Under the pieces are notes generated by a model, which had not been told where the DNA came from, searched no databases, and worked only from the letters and a program-made list of their open reading frames with translations. From NCBI RefSeq assembly GCF_902652985.1, contig NC_047016.1, positions 20,212,001 through 20,276,000 of the forward strand: 64,000 nt of DNA. Reading direction: 5' to 3'. The position numbers and the translations under genes were made by a program. Shown here one piece after another: positions 14,901 through 29,900 of the stretch (positions are counted from its first letter, which is position 1; every line of letters begins with the position of its first letter). Source of the DNA: Pecten maximus. Its lineage: Eukaryota.

Positions 14901-17900
14901 GACTAGGGAGACACTCTGTAGTGGGTGGTGGAGACAGATCATGAGGGAGTGTTCTGTTCCTGACTAGGGAGACACTCTGTAGTGGGTGGGGGAGACAGAC
15001 CCTGAGGGAGTGTTCTGTTCCTGACTAGGGAGACACTCTGTAGTGGGTGGTGGAGACAGACCATGAGGGAGTGTTCTGTTCCTGACTAGGGAGACACTCT
15101 GTAGTGGGTGGGGGAGACAGACCCTGAGGGAGTGTTCTGTTCCTGACTAGGGAGACACTCTGTAGTGGGTGGGGGAGACAGACCCTGAGGGAGTGTTCTG
15201 TTCCTGACTAGGGAGACACTCTGTAGTAGGTGGGGGAGACAGACCATGAGGGTGTGTTCTGTTCCTGACTAGGGAGACACTCTGTAGTGGGTGGGGGAGA
15301 CAGACCCTGAGGGAGTGTTCCGTTCCTGACTAGGGAGACACTCTGTAGTGGGTGGGGGAGACAGACCATGAGGGTGTGTTCTGTTCCTGACTAGGGAGAC
15401 ACTCTGTAGTGGGTGGGGGAGACAGACCATGAGGGTGTGTTCTGTTCCTGACTAGGGAGACACTCTGTAGTGGGTGGGGAGACAGACCCTGAGGGAGTGT
15501 TCTGTTCCTGACTAGGGAGGCACTCTGTAGTGGGTGGGGGAGACAGACCCTGAGGGAGTGTTCCGTTCCTGACTAGGGAGACACTCTGTAGTGGGTGGGG
15601 GAGACAGACCATGAGGGTGTGTTTTGTTCCTGACTAGGGAGACACTCTGTAGTGGGTGGGGGAGACAGACCATGAGGGTGTGTTCTGTTCCTGACTAGGG
15701 AGACACTCTGTAGTGGGTGGGGAGACAGACCCTGAGGGTGTGTTCTGTTCCTGACTAGGGAGACACTCTGTAGTGGGTGGGGGAGACAGACCATGAGGGT
15801 GTGTTCTGTTCCTGACTAGGGAGACACTCTGTAGTGGGTGGGGAGACAGACCCTGAGGGAGTGTTCCGTTCCTGACAAGGAAAACAGTAAAGAGTGAGGG
15901 TTTAGTATACTTTAGCACATGAAGTCAAAGAGACTTGTAAGGTAGATTATTACTTAAAAGCTGCCTTGCCCAGCCACTTTGTATAGATTAAAACTGCTGA
16001 TCAGTAGTTTAGTTACACAAAGTACACTCCAGTACAACCAATACACAAAAAGCTAGAAATAATACACTTATATGTCAATAAACCAAATCAATATATGCAG
16101 ACATTTGTGGTTTAGTAAGTTATAAAAGCTATCTTTGATTGTAACATACTTCGGAAGTTTAAGCATCTACAAATAAAGAGAGCACATCTCAATGACGGCC
16201 TTGTAAGGGTATTCACTGAAGCTTCTTTACAATTATAACTGTCTTTCATTGCAATAAATACCATAACTTACGAAAATTTATTTAATTTCCTTGCATTTTC
16301 ATGTCTACAAAGGATCGAAATACAGTTAATTGTTAGATCTCAAAGAACATGTCTTCTGTGCATATTTCAAATGTCTGGCATGTATCTAATTTGTCGGTAT
16401 AATGAAGTCAAAATGTAACTTCACCCAGTGATAGTAAAGTTTATAAAAAATATTTTAAAAAGTCACTTACCGGCACCTTCAGATGATGGAGCCTGCAAAA
16501 CAAATAAAGTGTTAATGTCTCCTTCCTCTTTAAAACCTTGTAAGTACTCATGTAAACAATTACTGATTATTCTCTCACTCAAGTACATCATCAACTCTTT
16601 TAAGCTCAGTGTTTAATTATTTCTGTAGTTTGGACCTTAAATTTTGTCAAAATAATTGTTTAAGAAAAAATTGTGAACAGCAATCCACATATGTATGATT
16701 TTATGTATACATTGTGTAAGTTTTATTGATAGGTTAATGATGTACAATGTATTGATACAAATACTTTAACGTGGTCGTAATGATTGATATACTACATGGA
16801 TGACCAGACAGGAAATAGTAAGCTACGGAAGGAAATCAGCCTGTCATCACCAGGTCAAATTCATATCAGTTTCCAAATAAACTGAAATACTCAATTTTTA
16901 AAGCTGCAGAGTTTTTAAAAAACAAAATAAAGTTATGATGGCTGATAACCAAATAATTATAATCCTGTGCCTTAGTCAGGAGAACTCTTCACTCAGTATA
17001 GTTTTACACTCATTCCTGTACAAGTTTTTCTTGATAATCAAGCATTATCACATTTCACAAAACTCAATAAAATTGTTTTCAGTGTTTGTTAGAAAATCTG
17101 TGTCAAATTTGAAAGATTTACACATAAATTTGTAAAAACACTGTCAAATCTTAGCTTTGAAGTTCAAATGTTTTATACAAGATCCTAATTAACATCTGGA
17201 TGTCCAGAAATCCTAGCAGCCATTCAAACAATTCTTACTTTAAAACTCCTAACCTAGTAAAACAAATATCACAAATATCACAATAAATCTTAATAAATAA
17301 TGGCCAGATACTTACTGCCATGTTTCACAGGTGAATTAGTGAAATTTACAACAACAAAAAAACCCACAAAACTTTCCTCAGATCTCAGCAAAAGCAATCC
17401 CAAATCACTCCCTATGAAGGTGACACACAGAAACAGCTTAACCTAATCACCCAGACCTAACATTACTGAATCAGAGTGCAATCAGTGTACCGTAATATAC
17501 CTAACGGGTACACCACCCTCCAATGTACCGTAATATACCTAACAGGTACACAACCCTCCAATGTACTGTAATATACCTAACAGGTACACAACCCTCCAAT
17601 GTACTGTAATATACCTAACAGGTACACAACCCTCCAATGTACTGTAATATACCAAACAGGTACACCGTCCTCCAATGTACCGTAATATACCACCTAACAG
17701 GTACACAACCCTCCAATGTACCGTAATATACCACCTAACAGGTACACAACCCTCCAATGTACTGTAATATACCACCTAACAGGTACAAAACCCTCCAATG
17801 TACTGTAATATACCACCTAACAGGTACACAACCCTCCAATGTACTGTAATATACCTAACAGGTACACAACCCTCCAATGTACTGTAATATACCACCTAAC

Positions 17901-20900
17901 AGGTACACAACCCTCCAATGTACTGTAATATACCTAACAGGTACACAACCCTCCAATGTACTGCAATATACCACCTAACAGGTACACAACCCTCCAATGT
18001 ACCGTAATATACCTAACAGGTACACCACCATCCAATGTACCGTAATATACACAACAGGTACACCTCCCTCCAGTGTACCGTAATATACCTAACAGGTACA
18101 CCACCCTCCAATGTACTGTAATATACCTAACAGGTACACCTCCCTCCAATGTACCGTAATATACCAAACAGGTACACCTCCCTCCAATGTACCGTAAATA
18201 CCTAACAGGTACACAACCCTCCAATGTACCGTAATATACCTAACAGGTACACCACCATCCAATGTACCGTAATATACCTAACAGGTACACCACCCTCCAA
18301 TGTACCGTAATATACCTACCAGGTACACCTCCCTCCAATGTACCGTAATATACCTAACAGGTACACTTCCCTCAAATGTACCGTAATATACCTAACAAGT
18401 ACACCACCCTCCAATGTACTGTAAATATACCTAACAAGACACAACTTCTATTCATTAAATCATGTATAATTGATCAGTAATGGAATTATCCACTATCAAC
18501 ACATTGAGTCATTAAAAAATAATGGAATGATTCATTATCCACACATTGACTCATTAAAAATAATGGACTGACCCATTATTAATGCAATGAGTCATTAAAA
18601 AGTAATGGAATGACCCAGTAACACAGTATCAACAGATATCTAGAATCTTTAACAATATATTGTCTGCGATGTGTGTTTTTATTAACATAGATATGGTACC
18701 TTTTAGTCATTAGCAATTAAGCCCACTTTTACCAGGATCATCAGGTATCACCAACATAATAACAACCACCACATGTACATCTCACAAGGCTGCAGTTGTC
18801 ACGGAATATATGTTCATATAAACATGATAATTCTAAGGATGGGAGTCTTAACATAGATCAACAGGACATGTCCAGTCTGATTCATAATGAAAGCTAGAGA
18901 GCTCTGGGATCCAATCTGATTGGCACCCTCTTGTTTTTATGTAAAGGAAACCTAATGTATATATATTTCTTTCAATTCACTATTTGTCATTGTAAATGAC
19001 CGAAAAAAATAATAATAAAAAAACAACTTAGAACTCTTTTTTTGTTAATATAGATACAGTAGAGTACTGGAACACTGACTACCTTAACTCAAACTAGAAA
19101 TCATCACTAGTCATTTAATTAGGACAATATATCTAACAGTGAACCACAATACAGAGCTAGGTTCCTTCTGACACCAATAAGGTATATATGTCAGGTATCC
19201 TAAGTAAGTCGTGGGGAGGAGTGATAGAAGTGGAACAAGAATTCCCCACAGACATGAAACAATGTGCTAACTGTTCTAAGACATTGTTATACATATACTG
19301 ATGGCTGTATCACATGAGACTTGGTGTGGAATCGGCTAGGTCATGGTAATATCTGTGGAGGGATGCTCCACTTTGTGGGAGCCTCACAAACATATACATA
19401 TATATATCATAAGGTCTATACCTTTATACAAAGGAAATGTATCACTGTGTGGGATTGTAACATGTACACTTATTTTAGCATGTTCTGTTCTGTATAAGGG
19501 ATGCCCCACTGTTTGGAACAGGATTCTTATTTCTTCCTAATTATGTTTTTCCAAATAAAAGGTGTTAATGATTGTTTTCTGGATTCTAACAACAGTATAT
19601 AGTTAGGCTTATCAATAATTAAATATGTTCAGTAACTACAGGAGCCAACAGTGAAAAAGTGAACAAAAATATACCAAGATCTCATTGAAATATGTGACAA
19701 TTTCTCTTAATATTCACATTGTTAAATATTTACATTGTTAAATATTTACATTCAGTGCTGCAGTCTATGCCAGTATGGATAAATCAAAAGCAGCGAGGAT
19801 TCTGAGTGAGAACAATTGCATTATTGAGGATTCTGAGTGAGAACAATTGCATTATTGAGACTTCATTTTAGTACTATGTTGATCTTTGTAGTACTATGTT
19901 GATCTTTGTAGTACTATGTTGATCTTTGTAGTACTATGTTGATCTTTGTAGTACTATGTTGATCTTTGTCACAGCAAGGCTTTGTACCAAGTGTCAGATA
20001 GGTTGCAAATCAATCACAGAAATGGTTTGATTTAAAGATACCATCTTTCAAATGAACATACTGGAAATGAGTAGAAATGGTGCATGTGTGTATTTAGTAT
20101 GGTCGAAACAAGGAATGTAATTATTAAAGAAAGACAGAGTTTAATGTAAATATAACAATCAAACACTTGCAGGATTGTATTTATTATCAATGTTTGATGC
20201 AATCTGGGTGACAGATGAATATTCATGGAGCCCTAACAGTGACAATGAGTACAATCTAACAAGCCTTTAATTGTTGAATGTTCATATTTTTGTTTTTGTG
20301 TGAATACACGATATACTTGAATACACTATATACTTGAATACACTATATACTTACAGGCTGCTGAGCTTTATCACCAAAGAACGCTTTATCTAACACAAGG
20401 GTTATGTCAAAGAACACTTCCTGAACATCTCTGTCACCATATAGCTGAAATGTATATGAAATGTATACTTCTGTGCATGATCAGTTCTTCATCATCAAAA
20501 AGTTACTAATTCAGATACAAATAAATGAAAATGTGCCTATATCAAGAACAAATTAGAAACCAAAGGAAAAAATAACTATTTGTACAATAATGAACAAAAT
20601 ACAGAAAGCCGTAATAATAAACATATTTAGGGCCACTTGTATGATATATATAGAATATGTAGATACAATATTAATGTAGCATCATTTTTATGACAAATAA
20701 GGAATTGTATTAGGCTGCAACATTATGCCATAACAATATTTTGATTTTTTTATAATACATGGTATTGATAGGATGATATTATAAAGTGTTCACATGGACT
20801 TACTACAACAAGCTTGCCATCGTCATCATAGTGTTTTAAAACGGGTAGTGTATTATTACGGAAGAAGCTAATTCTACTGGAGATTGCGTTGAGATTGTCA

Positions 20901-23900
20901 TCAATCCTTTCCTTCTCCTTCCCTCGATCTACAAGTCGTTTTTGCATGTAATATTCCTCACAGTCTATCAACAGCACAAAATTCATCCCTCCAATCTATA
21001 ACAGAGGAAAATAAAACTTTTGTAACAAAATGGGGACATAAATGTAATCGGTTTTTAACATATTAAATTTAAGCAAACTTCTGGACATGAGGGGAATAGT
21101 ACCAATGTGTTGGATTTTTAAAAACCAACAAACAAAAAACTATGAAAGTATATTGAAACAAGATTGATATGAAGGTAAGTTGTAAAAATCTGGTCACAAT
21201 AGTAATGTCGAGAACACAAACACTTACATATTTGTTAAACTCCTCCACCTGTTCCTTTTCCCTTGGGAAACCCTCCAGGAAGATGGCTGATGCGTCCTTG
21301 TGTTTTGCTAAATGACTTTTAAGTAGATCTACTGTCACCTCCTGCAAATAAAAGATGTTTTAGAATAAAATATTTCAAACTGAATGATCACTTTCATTTA
21401 GGACTTCAATGTTTGAATAACATTTCTAAATACACTAATCATATTGTTAGTGAGTTGTCTCCCTTACCTCAGGTGCCATCTCTCCTTGCTGTACTAACGA
21501 GCTTATCATTCCCCACTTCTGATCGGCTGATCCTTTTTGACTGATCTCTGACCTAATGATGTCACCCATAGATATATGAACTGTGCCTGGGTAGCGATCA
21601 GTGATCATCTTAGCCTGGGTACCTTTCCCACTGCCTGGTCCACCTGTTATAATAACAATTGGTCAAACGAACAAAACACGGAGACAAGCAATAACATGCA
21701 ACACAACAAAAGTTCAACAATAGAAAAAAAACAGCAGAAAACATCCAACAATAACGAAACACGAGAACAATCAAACACTCCGGACAATCACTGAGAAACG
21801 AGACAACGAGCAACGCAGACAAACCAGACAAACAGCGCGAATAAGAGTACGAAACACATACAGAGACAAACGCAGACAGCAACGAAAAGCAGAACAAGAA
21901 ACACGCGAGACAGCAGACGAACACGCGCGAACACAAGAAACAGGCGGAACACATGAGCGAAACAGGCCGAGACACACCATAGCAAACACGCGATAACAGC
22001 AAGTCGAAACACCGCGATAACAGCAGACGAAACAGCGCAACAGCAGACGAAACAGCGCGAGACACAAGCGAAACAGCGCGAGACACAGAGCGAAACAGCG
22101 CGAGACAGCAGAGCGAAACAGCCGAGACAACAGCAGAGCGAAACAGGCCGAGACAAACACAGCGAAACAGGCGCACCAACAGCAGAGCGAAACAGCGCAG
22201 ACAACAGCAAGCAAACAGCCAGACGAAACACCACGAGCGAAACACGCGCGAGACAGCAGAGCGAAACACGCGCGAGACACAGAGCGAAACACGCGCGAGT
22301 ACAACAGCAGAGCGAAACAGCGCAGACAACACCAGAGCGAAACAGCGCAACAACCAGAGCGAAACAGCGCGAGACAAGCAAGCGAAACAGGCGCGAACAC
22401 AGAGCGAAACACGCGAGACAACACAGACGAAACAGCTCGAACAGCAGAGCGAAACAGCGCAGACACAAGACGAAAACACGCAGCGAACAAACAGCAAAAG
22501 CGAAACACGCGCGAACAACAGCAGAGCGAAACAGCGCGAAGAACAAGCAGAGACGAAAACAGCGCGAGAACACACCAGAGCGAAACACGCGCGGAGACAA
22601 ACAGCAGAGCGAAACACGCGCAGACAACACCAGAGCGAAACACGCGAGACAACACCAAGCGAAACAGGCGCTGAGACAACAGAGCGAAACAGCGCGAGAA
22701 CACAGACGAAACAGCGCAACAGAGACAACACACGAAGAGCGAAACACGCGCGAGACAACACCAGAGCGAAACACTGCGCAGACAACACAGAGCGAAACAG
22801 CGCGAGACAACCAAGCAAACACGCGAAAAACAGCGCAGCGAGACAACACCAGAGCGAAACACGCGCGAGACAAACAAACACAGAGCGGACAAACAGCGCG
22901 AGACAACACAGAGCGAAACACGCGCGAGACAACAATCGAAAGCGCGAAACAACGGCGCAGAGAAAACAGACAGAGCGAAACACAAGCCGAACAACACCAA
23001 CGAAACACGCGCATACACGAGCAATTAAACATCTCAACAACACAAGCGAAACACTCCGTAGAAACACAACACAATCAAACACTACGCTATACAACAGCAA
23101 CGAAACCCAACACAATCAAACCCTGAACACCAAGCAAACACGGCGAGACAACACCAAGCGAAACACGCGCGAACAAAGCAAAACCATAGCGACAAACACG
23201 CGCGAGACAACACCAGAGCGAAACACAGCCAGACAACACCAACGACAAACACGCGCAGACAACAGCAGAGCGAAACACGACGCAACACAGATCAGCGAAA
23301 CAGCGTCGAGACACACAGAGCGAAAACACCGCAGACAACACCAGAGCGAAACACGCGCAGACAACACAGAGCGAAACACGCGCAACAACACCAGATCGAA
23401 ACACCGCAGACAACAGATGCAAACACCGCGAGACAACAGCAGAGCGAAACAGCGCGAGACAACACCAGAGCGAAACAGCCGAACACACAGAGCGAAACAC
23501 GCGAACAACACCAGAGCGAAACACGCGCGAGACAACACCAGAGCAAACACGCCGAGACAAACACCAGAGCGAAACACGCGCGAGACAACACCAGAGCGAA
23601 ACAGCCGAGACACACAGAGCGAAAACAACACGCAGAAACAACAGAAGCGAAACACGCGCGAGAACACCAGAGCGAAACACGCGCGAGACAACACCAGAGC
23701 GAAACACGCGCGAGACAACACCAGAGCGAAACACGCGCGAGACAACACAGAGCGAAACAGGCCAGACGAACACAGAGCGAAACACGCGCGAGACAACACC
23801 AGAGCGAAACCACCGACGCGAGAACAAACAGCAGACGGAAACACGCGCGAGACAACACCAGAGCGAAACACGCGCGAGACAACACCAGAGCGAAACACGC

Positions 23901-26900
23901 GCGAGACAACACCAGAGCAAAAGCGCAGACAACACCAAGCGAAACACGCGCGAGACAACACAGAGCGAAAACACGCGCGAGACAACAACAGAGCGAAACA
24001 CGCGAGACAACACCAGAGCAAAACGCAGCAACACAAGCGAAACACTGCGAGACAACACATAGCAAACAGCGTCGAGACAACACCAGAGCAAACACCTCTA
24101 TACAAACCAACAAACATCTCTATACATCATATCTAAACACTCTCTATACAACACCATATCTAAACACTCTCTATACAACATCATATCTAAACACTCTCTA
24201 TACAACACCATATCTAAACACTCTCTATACAACATCATATCTAAACACTCTCTATACAACATCATATCTAAACATTCTCTATACAACATCATATCTAAAC
24301 ACTCTCTATACAACACCATATCTAAACACTCTCTATACATCATATCTAAACACTCTCTATACAACACCATATCTAAACACTCTCTATACAACACCATATC
24401 TAAACACTCTCTATACAACATCATATCTAAACACTCTCTATACAACATCATATCTAAACATTCTCTATACATCATATCTAAACACTCTCTATACAACATC
24501 ATATCTAAACACGCTCTATACAACACCATATCTAAACATTCTCTATACAACACATATCTAAACATTCTCTATACAACACCATATCTAAACACTCTCTATA
24601 CAACATCATATCTAAACATTCTCTATACGACACCATATCTAAACATTCTCTATACAACACCATATCTAAATATTCTCTATACAACATCATATCTAAACAC
24701 TCTCTATACAACATCATATCTAAATACTATTGTTGGACACCATATCTAAACACTCTCGATCTATACAACATCATATCTAAACACTCTCTATACAACACCA
24801 TATCTAAATACTATTGTTGGACACCATATCTAAACACTATCTATACAACACCATAGTTAATAGTTTAATTAACACTCTCTATACATCTTATATAACAGCA
24901 ACACAAATGAACACATTGATCATTACAACATCCTTACCGGCAATGACTATGATTGGACATGTTGGTAGATCGGGCTTCCGTCCTTCATCTTTATTCACGA
25001 CTACTGGAGCATCTTGGACAAGTACCATGCTATTCTGGAGCTCCGACTTAGTTCGCTTAATAGCTTCAGCTGGACGCTCATATGAAGCTGCTTCTGGAAT
25101 AACGTCTTCTGGGGGATTTGGAATATTAGACCTTGGTGGCTCTGTAAAGAAAGTAAACGTAAATAATGAACCATCTTATACATCCTCAGGCAATGGAGAC
25201 TAAGGAATGATGATTTTGTTAATGACAGTGGTAAGAAACAGCCGGTGCATGTAAAAAGTAGTGAAACAAAATCAGAGTGAAATGAGAATTGTTTTTTATA
25301 AAGTACCCGATTTTATTATTACCATAAATCATAGCTACTGTCTACCTACTGTAAGATAAATATAAAGTTATGGTACATATAAGCAGTCTGCAGTATTGTA
25401 ACTGTATAAACAAGAGGCCCATGGGCCTAAACGGTCACCTGAATTTGAAATATTTCTCTAAACTTGACCCTGCCCACCAGCCCCTGGGGGCCAATAATTG
25501 CATACCAGCAAACTGCCTTCCAAAACTGCTAATTCCAATAGAAATGACACAAATGATGTGATTTCCTTATGTAAGCAACAGTAAAGAGTACCTCCTCCAA
25601 AGGAGCAAACAATTAAGAGACCCCAGGGCCAAGAAAATTCACAATTTTTGGTAAAGCACCTTAAGATCCTTCAACCTATGAAAGGGTCTTGAGAAGAAGA
25701 TTTCTGAATTTTCAGCTAATCTGACCATTTTTGGCCCCACCCATCTGCCCCTGGGGGTCAGTCAGGGCCAACATGTACATACCATCAAACTGTCATCCCA
25801 TGCTGATAATGTTAACCAAGTTAGTTTACCTCCTCCCCAGGGGCAAACATGAGACGCCAGGTTCATGAAATTCACAATTTTGGTAAGGCACCTTAAGACC
25901 TTTCTATCTGTGAAGAGTATTTGATTCTACCATATCTAGAAGTTAAAAAGAAGATTTTTGAAGTTTCAGTCAATATGAACATTTTTGGCCCCACCCTCAG
26001 GCCTCTTGGGGTTGGGGATCATATCATTCACAATTTTGGTTGACATTTTACCATGGAAGCTTCCTGCCAAATTTCATTAAATTTGGTTGAGCGGCTTTGG
26101 AGAAGAAGTCGAAAATGTAAATTGCTTACAATGGACGATGCACGATAGACGACTTCGTCTCAGGTGACCTAATAAATCCTAAATTAATATACACTCTCAC
26201 TGATGAAGTACAGAAATACAAATTTAAACTGTTAACACTATTTAGGTGCGGTATAAAAATATCATATTTTCTCCATATAAGGCTTTTTCCTATGCGACAA
26301 CCACTACTAAAAGGTATTACAATTCAGTGATACTGGGAGAATTCATAATCCTGTAACACATTTATACTGTATAATCTCTACTTTCAATTTGATGTAAGCC
26401 TGTTTGTCATTTTGAGGTCCTATAGACTTTGCCTGTTGCCTTGGAATCCTAAATGTACTACATAATAGCTACATACTAAGATATTCTAAATGAAAATGTC
26501 CACATACTATAAACTGTGACCAAGATATTACTGACATACTGCTAGAGAAATTAAGGCTATATACCGGGTAGATGGGCAAGTATTACAATAAAGGTGAGTA
26601 ATATAGACACAACTTTTAAAATAACATATAAACTCTGCAAGAAGTGGAAAGTATGATCAATCTATAGCCCCTACATATACCTACTCAAATTTAATGGATC
26701 AATCTCTCAAATAAAACTTCACACTTTTCTACACACCTCTAATTTGTGTCCATTTAAACTTGATATCTTCCACAGGCTTCAGATAGCTTCTGTCCAATTT
26801 GAACGCTTCTTTTAAATTTAAAGCTTCTAGCGAGTAGGCCGAGGACTTACATAGACAAACATCACAGAGTAGAAATAAAAGCAATACCAACAAAATGTGA

Positions 26901-29900
26901 AAATGTGAATCTGTTTGGTTTTATTAGTTTATGATATTTTTACAGGGGAATATAAAGTGGATATGTCTGATAGAGAATACGAGGGACTACTGTTAGTAAT
27001 CATGTGATGGCCGATGATGTGATGTTAATGACAAGGCAGTAAGTCTTCAGTCTGATACTGTAAAAGTTGCTATTTTCAAAGGGCTCTATTTTCACTGTTT
27101 TGCCTAAGGACCAAAATAATATTACAAAAAAATTGATACCTTAAAAGTAAAAACTATAAAATTGCAGTCGGTTTCAAAATATACACAAACATTACATCCT
27201 ATTTGCTTTTAATTTCTGGCAAAACTGTGAAATGTGAACCATCAATTTGAAAGAGAACAATTTCTACAAAACACACAACTCTAGATCTGTCAACAAGACG
27301 TCAGTGCCTCTGCTTGTGATGGAAATATAGTTGGAACTAAAAGGAAGTTCACAAAATTTCCACCTTACTTTTGGGAAAAATAAAGTTCAAAACAATTGTC
27401 AGAAAATTGCAATACAACATTGTACATGTTTTCATATTTATTTTTATATCAGAACCGAAAAAAACTTCCATAAAAATCCTGAGACATTTAAGTATTGACA
27501 GAGGATTTCAGACCTGAACACAATATCTAATAGATAAAAATCAGGTTCCTAGCCATTTATGGTGGGAACATAAAAATGTTTTAACAATAAAAGCCATGGC
27601 ATATTGACAAAATAATATCTTGTACAGACGATTCTACATACCACTGTATGCAATTTTCAACCAGCACAGATGCAAATTATATGAGTCTGTGTGTAAATTA
27701 ATGAATTATTCTCCTATAAAGTACATGTAGCATGTGAATTTTCATTTTCTAACAAGAGTTTTTTTCTTAAATATATTACATCATATTATAAGAGTAAATA
27801 ATTTGCTAACATCCACTCATGTAACATGTTTTTAGGCTAACATGAACTTCAGTTTGAAAATTATTATACCATTAACATGTTTTTTTCTGACAATACATTG
27901 TATATGGCAGATAAAGACAGAAAATATGTCAAGGACAAATGTTTTTTTCCTCATGTAGATAACTGTCTGCTCATGACAATCACCTAACTTTCTCTTTCCT
28001 TATGGAAGATACAATATGTACACTCTGTTTTACAAGACTTAATTGGTGCACATAATTATATAGGTATCTCTCGATGAGCAGGTGGTGGTAAGGATTGCTC
28101 AGTCAGACCTATGGTGTACAGGTCAGCTGAGGTGAGAATTGAGCTGCTGAAACTTGAGAAAATGTGTACAAAGAAGTTATGTAAAGCTTCAAAAAAAAAT
28201 ATCAAAATGATGTCCAGCTTTTGCTCACATTACAATTGTCTACTTGACAATATCTGCACAGGACTTACCCAATTTCCTGCCATTTTTGTCTCCAAAAATA
28301 GAATTTTTGAAGCACTGTCCTAGCTCAAATGCAATTTCCTTGATGTCCCTGTCAGCGTTTATCTGTAAAATATGTTGGGCATCATTAATCTGATACATTC
28401 TACAGCAGATTCCCTGCTTTGTAATTACATGTAGTAACAAAACTACCCCAATATATTTCCAGTGAGTAATATAATCAGACACACAATATTGTTTCCACAT
28501 TTCTCACTGTCACCAATATATAAAGAATGTTATATTTCTTCATCTTGTAAAAATGATAACAGCTTGAAATAATTTATATTCTCTAAAATAAGTCCTATAA
28601 CTGATGAAAAAAACTATGTATTCAAAATGGTATTAAAGTTTTAAATTGAGTATCAAGTATCAAGTTTTCCCCAATTTTATTGTTGCTCTGACAATGCAGG
28701 CCACCACAAGAAATAAGTTTCATCATCTTTTCAGTCAAAATATTACCTCATGGACATTATGGACTTATGGTATCTAAAGATGCCTTATAAATATACCATT
28801 CTGATAATCTTGTTTCTATACTTTTCCATATTTATCATATGATATACACTAGTGACAAACAATTCAATATTTTTATATTGTCAAATTTTGACAGGTATAT
28901 AATCAATCTAGTTTTTTTAAAATTATTTCCCACTCAATGTAACCACTAATGTTATCATACTCAAAACTTCATATATGCTAGACTTTTATGATTTAAATGC
29001 AAAAGAAAATATTTACAATTCATCAGAGATTGATAACAGTCACATAGGTTGTGTGGAACAATGAGTTAACCGAAACAAATATATACCTTACAGGTTCAAT
29101 ATTGTTTACTTCTGTGAAAATAGTCAATACTCTAAGATATGCTTAAAATCTGTTTGATCTTCATAGTATTTGTTTAATTACCACGAATAGTTTGCCTCTG
29201 TCATCCAGCACTTTGGCTGCTGGTAGTGTGTTAGATTTGAAGGCTGCGATACGACGCTGTATGGCGTTGATGTTGTCATGCACTCTCCCCTCCTTCTGGC
29301 CGCGCTTTAACAATCTCTGGGTGCAGCAGTGTTCATCGCAGTCTAACATAAAGGCCATGTCCATCCGACCAACCTTAACATTTGAATTAATTTATAATTA
29401 ATTTATATAAAAACTTTAGACAGGAATAAGAGAAATCATTACCTATGATATAAAATAACACATTATCAGTCATTCTAATCTAAAAATTGATGGTTACCAA
29501 ATATAAATAATGAACTTTGAATCGTCTGTTTTCAGCCCTGATAAATCTAAACTTGATGGATGTCAGTATTGTTCTGATTAGCCTATTGTTCCAAACACTT
29601 TGACATATTTTGTGATGAACTACATCATACAACTCCCAACACAAGAAGATAAATGTGTGTTGAAACTAGATATAAGAAATGGAGATTTACAATTTTTTCA
29701 AACTGCTTGATCTGGTTTACTGTGCGGGGGTAGCCCTCCAGTATGAATCCTTCGGCTTTGGGGTGACACTTCAGACTGCTGAGGATAAGATCTCCTGTGA
29801 TGTCCTGTAAGAGGAAGTATCACAACATATTAATATATTCACCTACATTTTAATCATTCCTAAACACTTCTATCATTTTATATTCTAAAAAACAAACTGA

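Noticed and set aside
1-18440. CRISPR-like appearance of 30-40 bp repeat arrays
   Set aside because: Head-to-tail tandem units with no unique spacers and no cas genes; eukaryotic context.
21610-24136. Long overlapping ORFs (up to 501 aa, Cys/Arg/Leu/Val-rich) in all minus frames and one plus frame
   Set aside because: A strand lacking T (or A) cannot contain stop codons; these come from the T->G transliterated repeat inside an AK5-like intron.
24098-24717. (MLYRECLDM)n ORFs
   Set aside because: In-frame reading of a 27-bp minisatellite; no splice support, and exons 8 and 9 join directly in phase.
26200-26225. CTGATGA...GAAA motif
   Set aside because: No stem I, II or III pairing; not a hammerhead.
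28040-28160. Coding-looking minus-strand stretch (...EQSLPPPAHREIPIIMCTN) after AK5-like exon 7
   Set aside because: Available acceptors place a stop in the phase-1 frame, and there is no suitable donor.
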